NCBI GenBank assembly: GCA_013265495.1
Contig: MU058636.1
Span: forward strand, 930,001-994,000
DNA: 64,000 bases
Source: Vicugna vicugna
Taxonomy: Eukaryota
Direction: 5' to 3'
Below the pieces are notes generated by a model. The model was not told the DNA's origin. It did no database searches and was given only the letters and a program-made list of their open reading frames with translations. The stretch's first letter is position 1. Every line of letters starts with the position of its first letter. A program made the translations under genes and the position numbers. Positions 1 through 11,935 of the stretch are shown here, one piece after another.

Positions 1-127
1 TAATTCCTTTTAAAATTAAATGAAAATTCTGAAAGGTCAAGGAATGTGTCATAAGAGTGTCAGGGAAGAGCAAATTTCAAATACTGTATCTGAGGAAAGA
101 AACTTCCAGCTCATTTTTGAGGGTTAC

Positions 128-200
128 CGTCACCACTAACCAAGTTTCCAATCTTAGCCTCACAATCTGATGATTGTCTAGCTAAAATGTTCATTTTCTC
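128..200 (-). CDS. Candidate 73-nt coding exon of unidentified unit A (EKMNILARQSSDCEAKIGNLVSGD)
   Basis: Minus strand: strong acceptor tttcttttttcttag|GAG and donor GACG|gtaacc. Open in phase 0->1. A 99-nt intron leads to acceptor cctttcag|AATTTT at 28, which continues in frame (EFSFNFKRN) off the window edge. Confidence 0.5.
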
Positions 201-225
201 CTAAGAAAAAAGAAACCAATGTCAC

Positions 226-350
226 GGAGGAGGGTGTAGCTAGCTCAGTGGGATAGCGCATGCTCAGCATGCGCAAGGTCCTGGGTTCTATCCCCAGCGC
301 CTCCATTAAAAAAGAAAGAAAGAAACCTAATTATCTCCCCCTGCTCCCCC
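226..350 (+). mobile_element. tRNA-Ala-derived SINE (camelid Vic-1-like)
   Basis: A/B-box head (tagctcagtgg...gggttctatcccc), A-rich linker and cctaattatctcccc tail. Imperfect TSD ccaatgtcac (216-225) / ccagtgtcac (351-360). Confidence 0.9.
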
Positions 351-410
351 CCAGTGTCACACTAGAGCCCAGTTACTCACCAAGGATATCTCCATTGGCC
401 AGTGCAAGGA

Positions 411-412
<2 letters not shown>

Positions 413-445
<33 letters not shown>
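413..445 (+). repeat. (CA)n microsatellite, ~16 units
   Basis: Directly visible CA run. Confidence 0.98.
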
Positions 446-447
<2 letters not shown>

Positions 448-1506
448 AGAGTGTATTATCTCTGGGATCATGTTCACTCAGACCACAATGTGCCTTCCTG
501 TCCAGCTCTTCTGGTTCTGGTTGATGGAGTTATTCTCATGGTAATGGGACTGAGGGGTCCTGCTAAACTCAGGGATTCCACCACAAGCCTTAACACTGGC
601 AATGATTTCTAGGGCATGAGGCATGACAACCCAAAGAGAGACCACACCAGAGTGAAGGCATGGCTTTCCAGCTTCAATTAAAGGTATTTTCCCCTCAAGC
701 ATAATTTTTTTCAGTTTGATCTAATTGCTTTCTTTGCTGAGATGGAGTTGATGCTTATTAGCTCACTCGCGGAGTCAGGTAGGTTAGGGGGGGTTTATTT
801 AGTCCTTCATCTGAGTTCACATGATGATGCTTCCAAAACCTGGCCCTCACAATCCGGCATCCTCCGTAACCTCCGTATCCCTACCTGCCACAGCAACACT
901 TGGGGCCTCGCTGAACCTTGGCGCCTCCCTTCCCCGGCCCACCTCCTGTCCCTCCACGTTAACCACTTCCAGTCTCTCCCTCCATCATGTTCATCTACCC
1001 AGCAGAGAAACACGATCACCATCTCCATCTTAACACTGGTGAAGCGTTTAGCTACTGGTTGGGTTTGTGGAGAGGAGGTGGGTGAGTGATTTGTAGCAGT
1101 TGCCAATTTCTGTGGTGTAAACATGCCCATGGTGGGGGTATTTCAAGCCAGTTGTAACAAGAAGCTTACAGAATTCCTGACAATTTAATAACCAGCTGTC
1201 CCCAAAGCAGGGGGCTCTGGATCATCACTGCACTCTTCCTGGAGTGATCTTTCCATAAGATGTTCCTGGAACCATCTTTCTCCTTCTCTTGGTGATGGAA
1301 CTTCTCAAAGGGCCACCTACAACCATCGCGTATACTTCCTAACTTAGTACTCTCCTGAAGTCTTTACTATCTGAGAGGTCTTATCTGGTCAAGATCATTA
1401 GTAATTTTTGTTGTTGTTATTACAAAAACAATCTGTGCAAAATCCAAAAGCAAAAGCAAAAGCAAAAAAAAAATACAGCAACAAAAATGGGATTTGAAAG
1501 AATTAC

Positions 1507-1579
1507 CATTGATGAGCTTTAAGTTGCAAAGCTACCCTCTTGTTCTCCATCGTCTTTGGTGTCTCTGCACCATTGGTCA
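1507..1579 (-). CDS. Candidate 73-nt exon of unit A (TNGAETPKTMENKRVALQLKAHQ)
   Basis: Acceptor gtcactag|TGA and donor ATG|gtaatt. Open in phase 1->2, compatible with the exon at 2996-3065. Confidence 0.35.
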
Positions 1580-1759
1580 CTAGTGACCAGAGGTCACCTC
1601 CCTTTCTGCCAGGAGCTTTCTTTCTTTGGCCTCCTTGAAGCTGCCCTGCCCCATGCCTCTGCCTCTCTATCGTCTCCTTGGCTCCCACGTCTTCCTCCCC
1701 CTCCCCCTCCTCCACGATGTCCTCATCCCAAAGCTCTGTCCCCGGCCTTCTTTTCATCA

Positions 1760-2500
1760 GCTCCATCAACCCTGATGTCGGTGACTCACGAGCATCTCTT
1801 TCTATGTAGGACCTCTCTTCTGAGCTACAGTTCCTTTCTTCTGTAGGTCCTTTCTTCCCAGAATAGACGCCACCAGCTTGACTTCCTCATCTTCTTTGCA
1901 TTTCTCCTGTTTCTATTAAAGGGGCCTCCATCCCTCCAGTCTCTAAGGCTCCAGCATCATAGATGGGGTTCCTCTGTGCTCTTCACCCACATATCCTGCT
2001 TATCAAGTCTTCCAGCCACCTCCTAGTCCATTTCCCCTGCACAGTTTAGAACATCATCACCTTCTAGCCTCTAGAATTGGTAAGAATTCCTCTCCACTTG
2101 ATTAGAAACTCAGCTACAAGATGCATATTTATAAAGCATAGCTCCCACCAATCTCACCTTCCTGCTCAGATACCTTTGATTATACCTGAGGTTTAACCTT
2201 AGCCTGGCATCAAGGCCCTCAATGACACGACCCCTCGTGATCTCCCGATGTTATCTCCCACGCCAGCGTCCACCTGCCCCTGGACTTTGCCCATATTGGT
2301 CCCTATGTCTGGAACTCCTCAACCCCTGTTTCTACATTTCTAAACCTACCCATCTTCAAAGTCAAGTTCAAAGGCCACCTTGTCCATGAACCCTTTAATG
2401 AGCTCCCCCAGCTGTAAGTAACTGCACCTCAGTTCTCTGAATTCTCAGAACAGTTTTTTTTTTTTTACCTCTGTGATATATCACATTCGGCCTTGTATTA
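1760..2500 (+). mobile_element. Old LINE-2 fragment(s)
   Basis: Pyrimidine-rich degenerate L2-like motifs (catcttcaaagtcaagttcaaaggccacctt...). Boundaries approximate. Confidence 0.5.
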
Positions 2501-2529
2501 GGGCAATTGGTGGAAGGAAGGAGGAAAAC

Positions 2530-2720
2530 TAACATTTATTAGATCAGTCATTGCATTAGGCCTTTTTATTAGCTCCTTCAATGTTTCCACAACCCTGGGA
2601 GGCCCATACTATTACCCCTTGTTACAGAAGAAGAAACAGTGGCTCAGAGTGGCACTATGAAGTTGAATTCTGATGGCAGCCTTCACACCTGTGCTGTTTC
2701 CACTCCATCATGTGTATGCC
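2530..2720 (-). mobile_element. MIR SINE
   Basis: MIR core-like acaaccctgggagg...attaccccttgttacagaagaagaaacagtggctcagag. Confidence 0.65.
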
Positions 2721-2849
2721 TTAATGTCCTCTGGATGGTACCCTCCTTGAGAGTGAGGATCATACCTTTTTCATCTTTACACACCTCCAGACTCCCGGTG
2801 CAGGGCTGGCCCCCGGCCAGCGCTCTAAACGCTGAGGGCCCGCACCAAG

Positions 2850-3450
2850 GCCGGGCTGCCTGCGGGGTCTGCCCGCGGCAGCGCTCCGGGCCGTGCTCCG
2901 CACTGCGGCTGCGCGCGCCAGAGCTACGCGGGCTGCCATTCCCTCACCGCCCGCCTCGCTTAGACGTTTTCCGCTGCTCTCCGTGTCCTACTTACGTGTC
3001 TCTCTTTGACTGGCGAGCTTCGAGGGAGGCAGAGATGGAATCTGCGGTGCTCTTTTGCCCAGATCCTGAGAATAACAATCAACAGATGATTTCTGGCGAT
3101 TAAAACAAGCTGTTTTGCAGGATGATTTTGTGCTGCTTTTTGGAGCAATTCTACTTGCATTTCCTCCACCTCATTTTAACAGACAGAAATTGCACGCAGA
3201 GTCCACTGTGACATCCACTTCATATGAAAATTACTCATGCTCAGACCACCAGCCTACTGAGACCTATTTTACTCCCCCACCCCCACCCCGGCCAGTTGCC
3301 CCAGCCCTCGTTCTCCACGTCTGCGCAGGCGCAGGTTCGAACGTCCTGCCAGCCACACCCACGGTCCTGACCCCCTCCCACTGAAGCCCGGGGGGCTGGG
3401 AACCCGGATCCCCGGCCTCAGGGTGTGTAGTCCAAGCCCAGGAGCCTCGA
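2850..3450. promoter_or_regulatory. Small CpG-rich region with NRF1-type motif TGCGCAGGCGCA (3322-3333)
   Basis: Local CpG clusters at 2850-3000 and 3310-3470; motif read directly. Confidence 0.45.
2996..3065 (-). CDS. Candidate 70-nt exon of unit A (DLGKRAPQIPSLPPSKLASQRET)
   Basis: Acceptor ttgattgttattctcag|GAT and consensus donor CAC|gtaagt. Open in phase 0->1. Confidence 0.45.
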
Positions 3451-4879
3451 AGACTAGCGGGGACGGGACTCCTGCCAGGCTGACTCCTTGTCTACCAGTG
3501 ATACTTCTGACAGAATGGGGTGCTGCCCCGTCCTGTGCCCCACGCCTCTCCCGTGCTCTCTGAGACCTGGGCCAGAGCTCCGCGGCAGGGCCAGAGGGGG
3601 AGGGCTCCACACTGCCACTGTCCTGCATGGGTGGGGCGAGCAGGACCCTGCTTTATCAAGCACACCAAAGAGTCTCTGACGCCCTTGGTGTGTTGCTTCG
3701 ACATTAGAAAATCCTTGTTTTGCCTCCAGATTCACGCCTAAATCCCACCAAGTCCCCGGCTTTATGGTGGGTGCATTTCACGGGCATCAATGGCCCTCAG
3801 CAGCTGTCGTGGGATTTCGGACTTTTACATGCACAGTCATCCCTGTGAAGCGCTCCAGGGACATCTAAGCCCTTGGCTGCTCCTCCTCTGCCTGCCCTCT
3901 TTCTACCCTTGCTGCCTGCATCCCGGGCTTGTTCAGTAAAAGGTTGTCCTTTTCCGTCTGGGGTTCATGACCTGTGTTCTAGTTTACTTGTATATGTTTA
4001 TCTGAAGCTCAGCGTATCCTGGGATGAAATGAAACACCAAGAAGTAAAACTGGTCCACTGTGACTGTGGATAACACTATTACTAGCCTCCTTTGGATATG
4101 AGAAACATTGTGCTGGTGGAAGGTGATACACTGAAAAAAGGGGATGTTCCCGATGGAAGGGTTAGGAGTTGGCCAGATACGTGTCAGACATTACAGACAG
4201 GAGACAGGTAGAAATATATACACAGTACATTCTCATTATATATATATATTTATTTTATATATGTATAATTACAGAGAGATGCCAATTTCAAGTACTAAAT
4301 GATGAGAGTCCAAAATATCTTTTTCTTTAAAGGAGAAGGGAAACCCAGGCCAGGCCCCGTGTCGGAAGAGGATGGGCTGTTCTCCCAGTGGAGATGGGGT
4401 CTGGTCTCCTGCACGATTAGCCAGAACAGTTGTGATGCCCTGGCTCCCAGCCCCAACCACGCGGATTCACCCGCAGGCTCATGGTTTCAAGAGGGAAGCA
4501 GATGTTCAGGGCTGTTCCCAGCGTCGGCAGAGTCAGACCCTGGCCGGGCCGTGCTCACAAGGCGAGGCCATGCCAGGGCCCCAGGGAATGCACCTGAATT
4601 CTGGTAGCACAGCCTCTGCAGAGGTCTGACGCTCATGCACTTGACCTTTCAGGAGCATTTGAGCAGGAAGTAGTCCCAGAGGCTGCAGCATCCTTGAACG
4701 TGAGGATGGCAGTCCTGGCTTTGCTGGCAGGGTTAAAGGGTGAGCTGCTCTGAAACTTAGCCTTTTAAGCTGTAACATTTTGAACAGTGTCTTGACCTCA
4801 CAGAGCCATCATTGTGAAAAAAGCACAAATGTGGGCTCCCCCTTAGAGGCAAGAGCATCTAATTCAGATGCCAGTCGCA

Positions 4880-5028
4880 GAACCAGCTGCATCAAATAAT
4901 CTAGTGAACTTGCTAAGAATACAGATTCCCACCTCCCACACTGAATCCGAACATGGCAGCTCTGGATTGGGCCTTGGAGCCTGCATTTAAACAAGCTGCT
5001 GTACAGCCAGATCTGGGGACACTGGCCT
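4880..5028. mobile_element. MER5-type hAT-Charlie DNA transposon fragment
   Basis: gctgcatcaaataatc...cttgctaagaatacagattccc...gcctgcatttaaacaagc resembles the MER5 consensus. Confidence 0.55.
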
Positions 5029-5113
5029 GGTCTAACTCCCTACAGAGAATCGTAGAAATCCCCTCCCATAATATTCTTGAACCAAAGAGTCTTAACAGCG
5101 TTGTTTCTCTTAC

Positions 5114-5189
5114 CGATCTAAAATCTGCCACAGAGGAATGTTCACCCATCTGCCCTGGTTTGCCCCTTGGTACAATACATCAAAGCCTT
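5114..5189 (-). CDS. Candidate 76-nt exon of unit A
   Basis: Acceptor ccctcaaatccag|AAG and donor TCG|gtaaga. One frame open (GFDVLYQGANQGRWVNIPLWQILD). Confidence 0.3.
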
Positions 5190-5881
5190 CTGGATTTGAG
5201 GGGTTGGGAGAATAGCCCAAGGCAGGGGAGTCGGTGGGTTGTGAACAGGCATGTGTCTGTGTGTAAGTGTGTGCATGGACACAGGAATGTATGTTTGCAT
5301 GTGTTGGGGTCCTGGCTGGAGTAGACATGAGGCAGAAGGGAAGCTGACATTTAGAGATCAGACAGGGGCTTGGTACATCCAGGTCCTGCAGGCATGGAGA
5401 TCGGGGAGCAGGGAAGGGACAGGTGGGGAGGGAGGAAGCAGCAGTGCCAGCACAAGACCAACTTATCCGAGAGGCTCCATCAGTGATGTGGCTGGTGGGG
5501 GAGGAGCCTGAACCTCAGAAACAGGGCTGGAAGACAGGGGCAGGCAGTAAGCATCAGGCAGCAGCTGAAGTTAAGGAAACAGGTACAGGAGACCTCAGGA
5601 TACGCAGACCTGAGCAGAAGGAATTCAGCCGCTCCTCCTCATAAGCAAAGAAAAGGAGCTGCTGGCTTACAGTGTCAGAGCAGTATCAGAATGGCTTCTA
5701 GCATAGAGCTGTACTAACTATTTCTCGATCCAATTAATTTGTGGGGCAAGGGCGGTCATCAGCATGGGCCCCATCGTTCTAGGGGGCGAGGAACTATGCA
5801 GAGAGCTGGGTCTTATGTGGCGCTTCTGTGCAGCCAGGACCGGGCAGGCCCCAGATCATCAGGGCTCCAGCTGCTTCTCAG

Positions 5882-5977
5882 TTTTGCTTTGTTTTTTTAA
5901 ATGGAGATACTGGGGATTGAACCCAGGACCTTGTGCATGCTAAGCACATGCTCTACCACTGAGCTATACCCTCCCTC
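5882..5977 (-). mobile_element. tRNA-Ala-derived SINE (Vic-1-like)
   Basis: Reverse complement of the SINE head: ggggattgaacccaggacc...ctctaccactgagctataccctccc. Confidence 0.92.
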
Positions 5978-7309
5978 TACGTTCCTGTAAGTTTTTTAAA
6001 AGAGTTTGGACAACATATAAATCTTTGTGCTGAAGTAGTATAGAGACCTCCCTCCACCTTGATGTTGAATAACTTATGTCCTTCAACCAGCTACAAAGTC
6101 AGCTGCCTTTCTGCCGCACACGGCACTTTGGAATGACTCAATGGCCGCATTTATCAAAGTGTATCATAATTACTTCTTTACATAGCCATCTCACTCACCA
6201 GGCTGAGCTTCTCCAAGGCGAGGACCACGTTTTATTCATTTTCCTGATTTCGGAGTCTCGCACAGCACAGGAGGTGAGGATGTATGTAGTGTGGACGACT
6301 CGTCTGGCCAGCGTTTCCCCAGCTTGTCTATGCCTAAATCATCTCTTCGAAATGAAGACGCTCTTTTATCCCGAGTTTCAATCTATCAAGAAAACTAATA
6401 AGGTATGAGGTTACACAAGTTAACGCCCTAGAATCATTCATTCTTCTCCTTAGTGTACGGGCAACATCAGCTTAATAACAAGACATTGGTTTGTTAATCT
6501 CACCTGGACAGATGTTAGTGTTCAAGGTCACACTGGTCCGTGGTTTTGGTACCTTTGTTCTTACCCCACTCCCATCCCAATATCCTTGCCTCTCACCATT
6601 CCTGTGATTTCTCAAAGATTCCTAACGGTCTGTGTGCCTCCAGTAAGCCTCCCCCTGGCCTCCTGGAGGGTCCTCACTTGGACCTGCCTGTCCGACTTGA
6701 TGGACAGATTCAGTGCCAACTGCCTGCTTTCTCTCCTTCCTTGGACCACACGGCCCTGCTCACCAGGACTGGACTTGGGTCTCTGTGGCCAGATCTGGAA
6801 GAGAGGGTGAGACTATTGCCCAGGGGGCCTGCACCATCTCTTGTCCAGCCTGGGGCAGGGCCAGGAGACAATGAGAGGGGCCTGCAGGGCACTTTTAAAC
6901 ACCCCTTTCCTAGGGACTCTTGAATAACCCTGCGGGAAGAAGCCTTCACGAAATCTTGGAGACTGGGTTTCCTGCTCAACTGGGAAAGGGGTAGGAGGAG
7001 GCTGGAGGTGACTGAGAAACACTGAAGACAGTGACTTGTCTCCCCTCCAAGCTCTCAGAGCTAATTTACACCATCACATAAGCTTTTCTTCCCTTCCGGT
7101 TTTAAGGTCATTTTCAGAAAGCACAGACGAAGGGAGAAAAGCAGGGCCGAGTATTTCCGTCTTCTCTAGGCTGTTGCCTGCCATCCAGCCCCCTGCCAAG
7201 CACAGCCTCAGAGCTTCCAGGCTTCATGCCTCCTGAGCCTCGTCTCACGATTTGCACTACTCTGTCCCGGGTGTCCATGCTTAACTGTATGCTTCCATCT
7301 TACATGTTC

Positions 7310-7700
7310 CCTTAACAAAGAAAGATTTATCCAGTGCCTGCTGTGTGCCCAGTGTGGGGCTAACCGGGGAGACAGCCCTGAACAAAATGGGGAAAAACAA
7401 CCATAAACCTGATCGCACAGAGCTTACGCTCCACCAGGAGACAGACAGTGAGCCAGGAAAACAAGTAAACAGTTAGGATGTTCGGGGGTGAAAGCTACTG
7501 TCGGGAACCCAGAAGAAGGGCCTGGGGGCCGGAGCGCCAGGCCTGGGGGAATGGAGCCTGGAGCCAGCCCTGTCTGGGAAGGCCTCACAGGTGGGGCTGG
7601 GGAGGCCGTCCAGATGCCTGGGGGGAACCCTGGGCCTGGGGTACAGCCCACGTACTGGTTCAAGGAGGCTGGGGTAACCGGAGCAAAGACTGAAACGTGT
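7310..7700 (-). mobile_element. LINE-2 fragment
   Basis: atttatccagtgcctgctgtgtgcccagtgtggggc... is a typical L2 3' end in reverse orientation. Confidence 0.55.
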
Positions 7701-8299
7701 CCTGTGGAAACTGGAGCTTCCCAGAGCCCCTGCTGGGGGCTCCTGGTCCGAGTGGGAGAGGCTGTCCTGGGCTCTGGTGCACGGGTGCATTCGGACCATG
7801 GAAGTAAGTGGCCAGAGCTCTTTGTCCTGCTCTGGGCGGCCCCAGGTGGCTTTCTGGGTTCTTGACAGCACTTTGTTCACTTATTTCACCCTTAACTACT
7901 GAGCCCTCATACAGCCGTGAGCGAAACAGCGGACCCTGACCTCATGTGCTTGAGGATGCCCAGGATACAGACCTCGTTCTGATAGAGGATGGGGGCGGGG
8001 GGCACTCAGAGGTGGCTTCTGGTGGCAAATGCAGCCCAGTTTCTGCTGGTGGTAAGCTGCCCGGTCTGTGGCTGGTTCCGCAAACAGGAGCTGTACCAGA
8101 ACAGAGCAGGCAGCCGGGACTGAGGGCCGGATGCATTTGCTGACCCGGGGTTCTAAATGCTGGTTTTGAAACCTCAATTCCTACTTCTGATTTTCGTGCT
8201 TCTCCTCCAGTTCTCGGGTGTGTCCGGTGTGGTCCATTTTGCTGAAGATGGGAGATCTGGGTAAACGAGCTGTAATTGGGTCCCCAACAGATTATCCTG

Positions 8300-8950
8300 A
8301 TTTTAGGATACCGGATCGTTATCCGGGAGTCGGGGCCCCTGTGGCCCAGGTGCCCAGAGGGCGCCCTTCATGCCTTGGTCTGCGGGGACAGAGCCCCCGG
8401 GGGTGGGATGGCAGGACCCGCGCAGCCCGGCTGGGGCGGGGAGGGTCCCCAGCTGCAGGCAGAGACGGGGCGGGGCGGAGGGGGGGCTGGGCCCGCCCCT
8501 CCCCTGCATGGTGCGTGACTGTGACCTTGCCCTCAGCTGGGCCGTGGCTCTGTCACTGCGTTGTTGGGCCGTGGCCAGGTTGCCGCGGGAACAAACCCCG
8601 GAGCCCGCGGAGCCACATCTGCAGGGCGGGCGGGACCCGGGAGGGACCCTGCGCTGTGCCTGCGGCGGGACAGGACCCCTCCCTCCCGGCCGGCTCGGCG
8701 GGGGCTGGAGTGGAGCGGCTGTGGGGGGGGGCAGCATCCCCGCCCGGGTCATCGCCGGGCCGGGCCGGGGTCCCGAACCCGAAAGCTCACCCCTCCCCGC
8801 AGCCCCGGGTTTGCTGTTCCCGGTGTCCTCCTGGCACCCGGTGAACACCGGGGCTCTGCGTCTCCCCGGAAAGCCTCAGCCCTTGAGGTTCCGTCCAATC
8901 TCCCCCTTCTCAGTTCGCCTGCGACCCCGCGGCACAGCTCAGTCTGGCAA
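8300..8950. promoter_or_regulatory. CpG island promoter with GC boxes and RFX X-box GTTGCCGCGGGAAC (8579-8592)
   Basis: High GC/CpG density and multiple GGGCGG. The 14-mer fits the X-box pattern GTNRCC-N0-3-RGYAAC with one mismatch. Confidence 0.7.
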
Positions 8951-9300
8951 ACACCCTTCATCCTGGTGGCCGGGTTCTTCGTGGCCCCTTTTCATGTGCC
9001 AAAATGAGAGATTAAAAAAAAGAAAAGAAAAGAAAGAAAAAACTGTTATACATAATCCTTGTAGAAAAATTAGATAATACAGGTAGGCAACAACCAGAGA
9101 TATGATTAAAATAATCCAAATCTTTCCACCCAGAGACAGGAATGTTGATTCCTGACTTTGAATGTAAATATGTATGTCCTTTTCAGACAAATGCCATTCA
9201 TATTACACAGCTGTTTAAACTGCTTTTCCAACACATGCATGCCGAACATCCTTCCCAATGAGTAAAAGTGGAACTATAATCCGCAGTATCTTCATTGCTG

Positions 9301-9389
9301 TTAATGGAGGTAGCGGGGACTGAATCCAGGACGCAAGCGCACCCTGGGCACGTGCTGAGCACACACTCCACCACTCAGCCCTGCCTACC
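9301..9389 (-). mobile_element. Diverged tRNA-derived SINE (Vic-1-like) within old L1 sequence
   Basis: ttaatggaggtagcggggactgaatccagg...ccaccactcagccctgcc. Confidence 0.75.
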
Positions 9390-10323
9390 TGCACAGTATT
9401 TTTTCTTTTAATGAGTGTATAGTCCTCTCTTACTACCACAGACAGATTAAATGTGTTTTACCAGTTGTTTAGGAGGTTTGGATTATTTTTGCTATCCTGG
9501 GCAACACAGCAGTGAACTATCCCGGGCATGTATCTTCATGTGCCTGTTGCTTCTTTCCTAAGAACAGACTCCTGGAAAGAGTGTGCTGTCCTGCAAAGGC
9601 TTTTGATACACCTTGCTGGATTGTTGCTTAAATGTACAGGTTTACGGTCTCTCCAATCAGAGAATGTGGGTCACTTTCCTCACACCCAAGCCAACACTGG
9701 TTATTATTCTTTTAATTTATTTCCAAACCAATCTGTGAAAAATGCATTTTTGTAATGTTTTCCTCCATTTGTTTGATTACTCATGATGTTCATCACTTTT
9801 GACACTGATCAGCCATTGGTAGTTCTTATTTCACTCAGTGCCTCTTCATGACTACTGTTGGCTGTTTTCCCGTCAGGATGTTACTCATTCTTTGTCGATC
9901 TGTGCAAGCTTTCTGTAATAAACTCTTACGCGCACTTCCACCCAGGGGATACTCTGCTTTGTGCGTGTGGGAAATTACAACATGAGTGCTTTGGTAGAGG
10001 TGATGTTGAGGTTGGATTCCCTGAAAAAGAGCGGTTGGTCCTTGAATGCAGGAGGCAGGGCTGTGGGGGCTTCTTGTGTTTACTGTTGAAACTGTTGCTA
10101 ACCCAGAGGGCAGAGCTTGGGGGAGCAGCAGACACAACGCTGGTCCTTAGCCGGACACTGGATCGAGGTGCTTTGGGGGGGTGGGGAGCTCGATGGTGCT
10201 GGACTGACTTGTGCCAGCTGCGCTGGAGGCCCGCGGACAGGCAGCATCAGCCCCCTCGGAAGCCTCACTGGGTGTGCAGATGCGCAGGCCCCAGCCTGGG
10301 AAACGCGGAAGCACTCATAAGAC

Positions 10324-10745
10324 GTGGTAAAATATACAGACATAAAACTGACCATCTTAACCATTTTTAAGTGCACAGTGCAATGGCATTAAGTATATTC
10401 ACACTGTTGTGCAGTCATCAGCAGCATCCATCCAGGGAACCTCTCACCTTCCCAAACTGAAATCCAGTCCCCAGTAAACACAAACTCCCCATTCTCCCTG
10501 CCCCTCAGCCCCTGGCCCCCACCATCGTACTTTCTATTTCTATGAATTTGCCTACTCTGGTGCCTCATGTAAGTGGAATCGTATAATATTTGTTCTTTTG
10601 TGTCTGGCTTATTTCACTTAGTACAATGTCTTCAAGGTTCATTCGTGTTGTAGCTTGTATCAGAATCTCCTGCCTTTTCAAGGCTGAAAAATATTCCACT
10701 GTATGGATGGACCACATTTTCTCTCTCCATTCATCCGCTAATGGA
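10324..10745 (-). mobile_element. L1 (L1MB-like) 3' fragment
   Basis: gtggtaaaatatacagacataaaa...catttttaagtgcacag...tggcttatttcacttagtacaatgtcttcaaggttcattc. Confidence 0.85.
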
Positions 10746-11235
10746 GCGGACTGCATTTTGAAGAGCGACAGGCACACGGTTCTCTGGGGACGGGGACAAA
10801 TTTTAATCTGTATTTCTGGGACGAGTCTCTGCAGTAAGTTTCTGGACCACTTGCCCTATAAGCTGGGCCAATTCGTCATCCATAGTGTCCCATCACACTT
10901 GTAAAAATAACCCACTGCACCAAGGGCTGGTCTCCATGAGTGAGTCCCATAAATATATAATAGTGATCCAATAGAAAAGTTTGAAAACCACAAGTTCTCC
11001 ATTCTGTTCTTTCCAGCCGGAAACCCACCACCACCAGCTGGCAGCGGGACTGAGTAGGTCTGAGAGCCTCTTGGCCGGGACCTGGCCGCCTCAGCTGGTC
11101 GAGCTCCCAACCGCCTGCCGCTCTCTCATGCTCCACTCCCTCACCCCCGCACTGTTATATAAATTTTTATCTGTTATAAATATTTGACTTCTCTCGTTTG
11201 GAGTGAGAATCCTGAGGCTAAAAGCCTGTATTCTG

Positions 11236-11930
11236 TCTTCACTCATTCAGCAAATATTTATTGAGTGTTACTGTGTGCAGAGCACTGTTCTTTCTGGGTA
11301 CAGAGGACACTGCCGAGAACAAAAGAGACAAAACCCCTCTGTTAGCCGCTTTCCTGCCGGTGGGGACGTGGGTCATAAACAGGATAAACGAGCACGATTT
11401 TGGCTAGAGATACACATTAAGCATGAAAAATAAAGGAGGGGAGAGAGATAGGAATTTGGGAGGTGATGCTGACCTTTTAGAGAGGGAGTCCAGGGCAGCC
11501 CTCACTTGGGAGGTGACCATGGGGTAGGGACGGGAGGGAAGAGAGAGAGCCAGCCACATGGGTGGGTATCTGAGAGGATTGTTCCAGGTAGAAAGAGCAG
11601 CAAGTGCAAAGGTCCTGAGGCAGGAGCCTGCTGAGCACACTCAAGAATAATCAAAGAGAGTGGGGAGGGTATAACTCAGTGGTAGAGTGTGTGCTTAGCA
11701 GGCATGCAGAAGGTCCTGGGTTTAATCCCCAGTTCCTCCATTAAAAAAACAAACCCTAATAATAAATAAATAAATAGACCTAATTATCTCCCCTCTAAAA
11801 CAAACAAAAGAAACTTTAAAAAAATTAAATAAAATTCTAAAAATAGAAAAAGAAACTTCAAGGAGGCCAGTGTGGTGGGGACAGAAGATGAGGCCAGAAA
11901 GGCAGTGGGGTCAGATCACGTGAGGCCCCG
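11236..11930 (-). mobile_element. LINE-2 fragment interrupted by a SINE
   Basis: cactcattcagcaaatatttattgagtg...gcaagtgcaaaggtcctgaggcagga...aggaggccagtgtgg. Confidence 0.8.
11662..11852 (+). mobile_element. tRNA-Ala-derived SINE (Vic-1-like) with long A-rich tail
   Basis: ggggagggtataactcagtggtagag...cctaattatctcccc. Confidence 0.92.
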
Positions 11931-11935
11931 TAGAG

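Noticed and set aside
8218..9077. Long overlapping ORFs (148-235 aa) on both strands
   Set aside because: G/P/R/A-rich products expected from stop-poor CpG-island sequence; no recognisable domain.
10565..10904. ORFs with L1-like peptides (also 43316-43567, 43979-44203, 51459-51983, 59232-59432)
   Set aside because: Translations of degenerate L1 3' fragments, not host genes.
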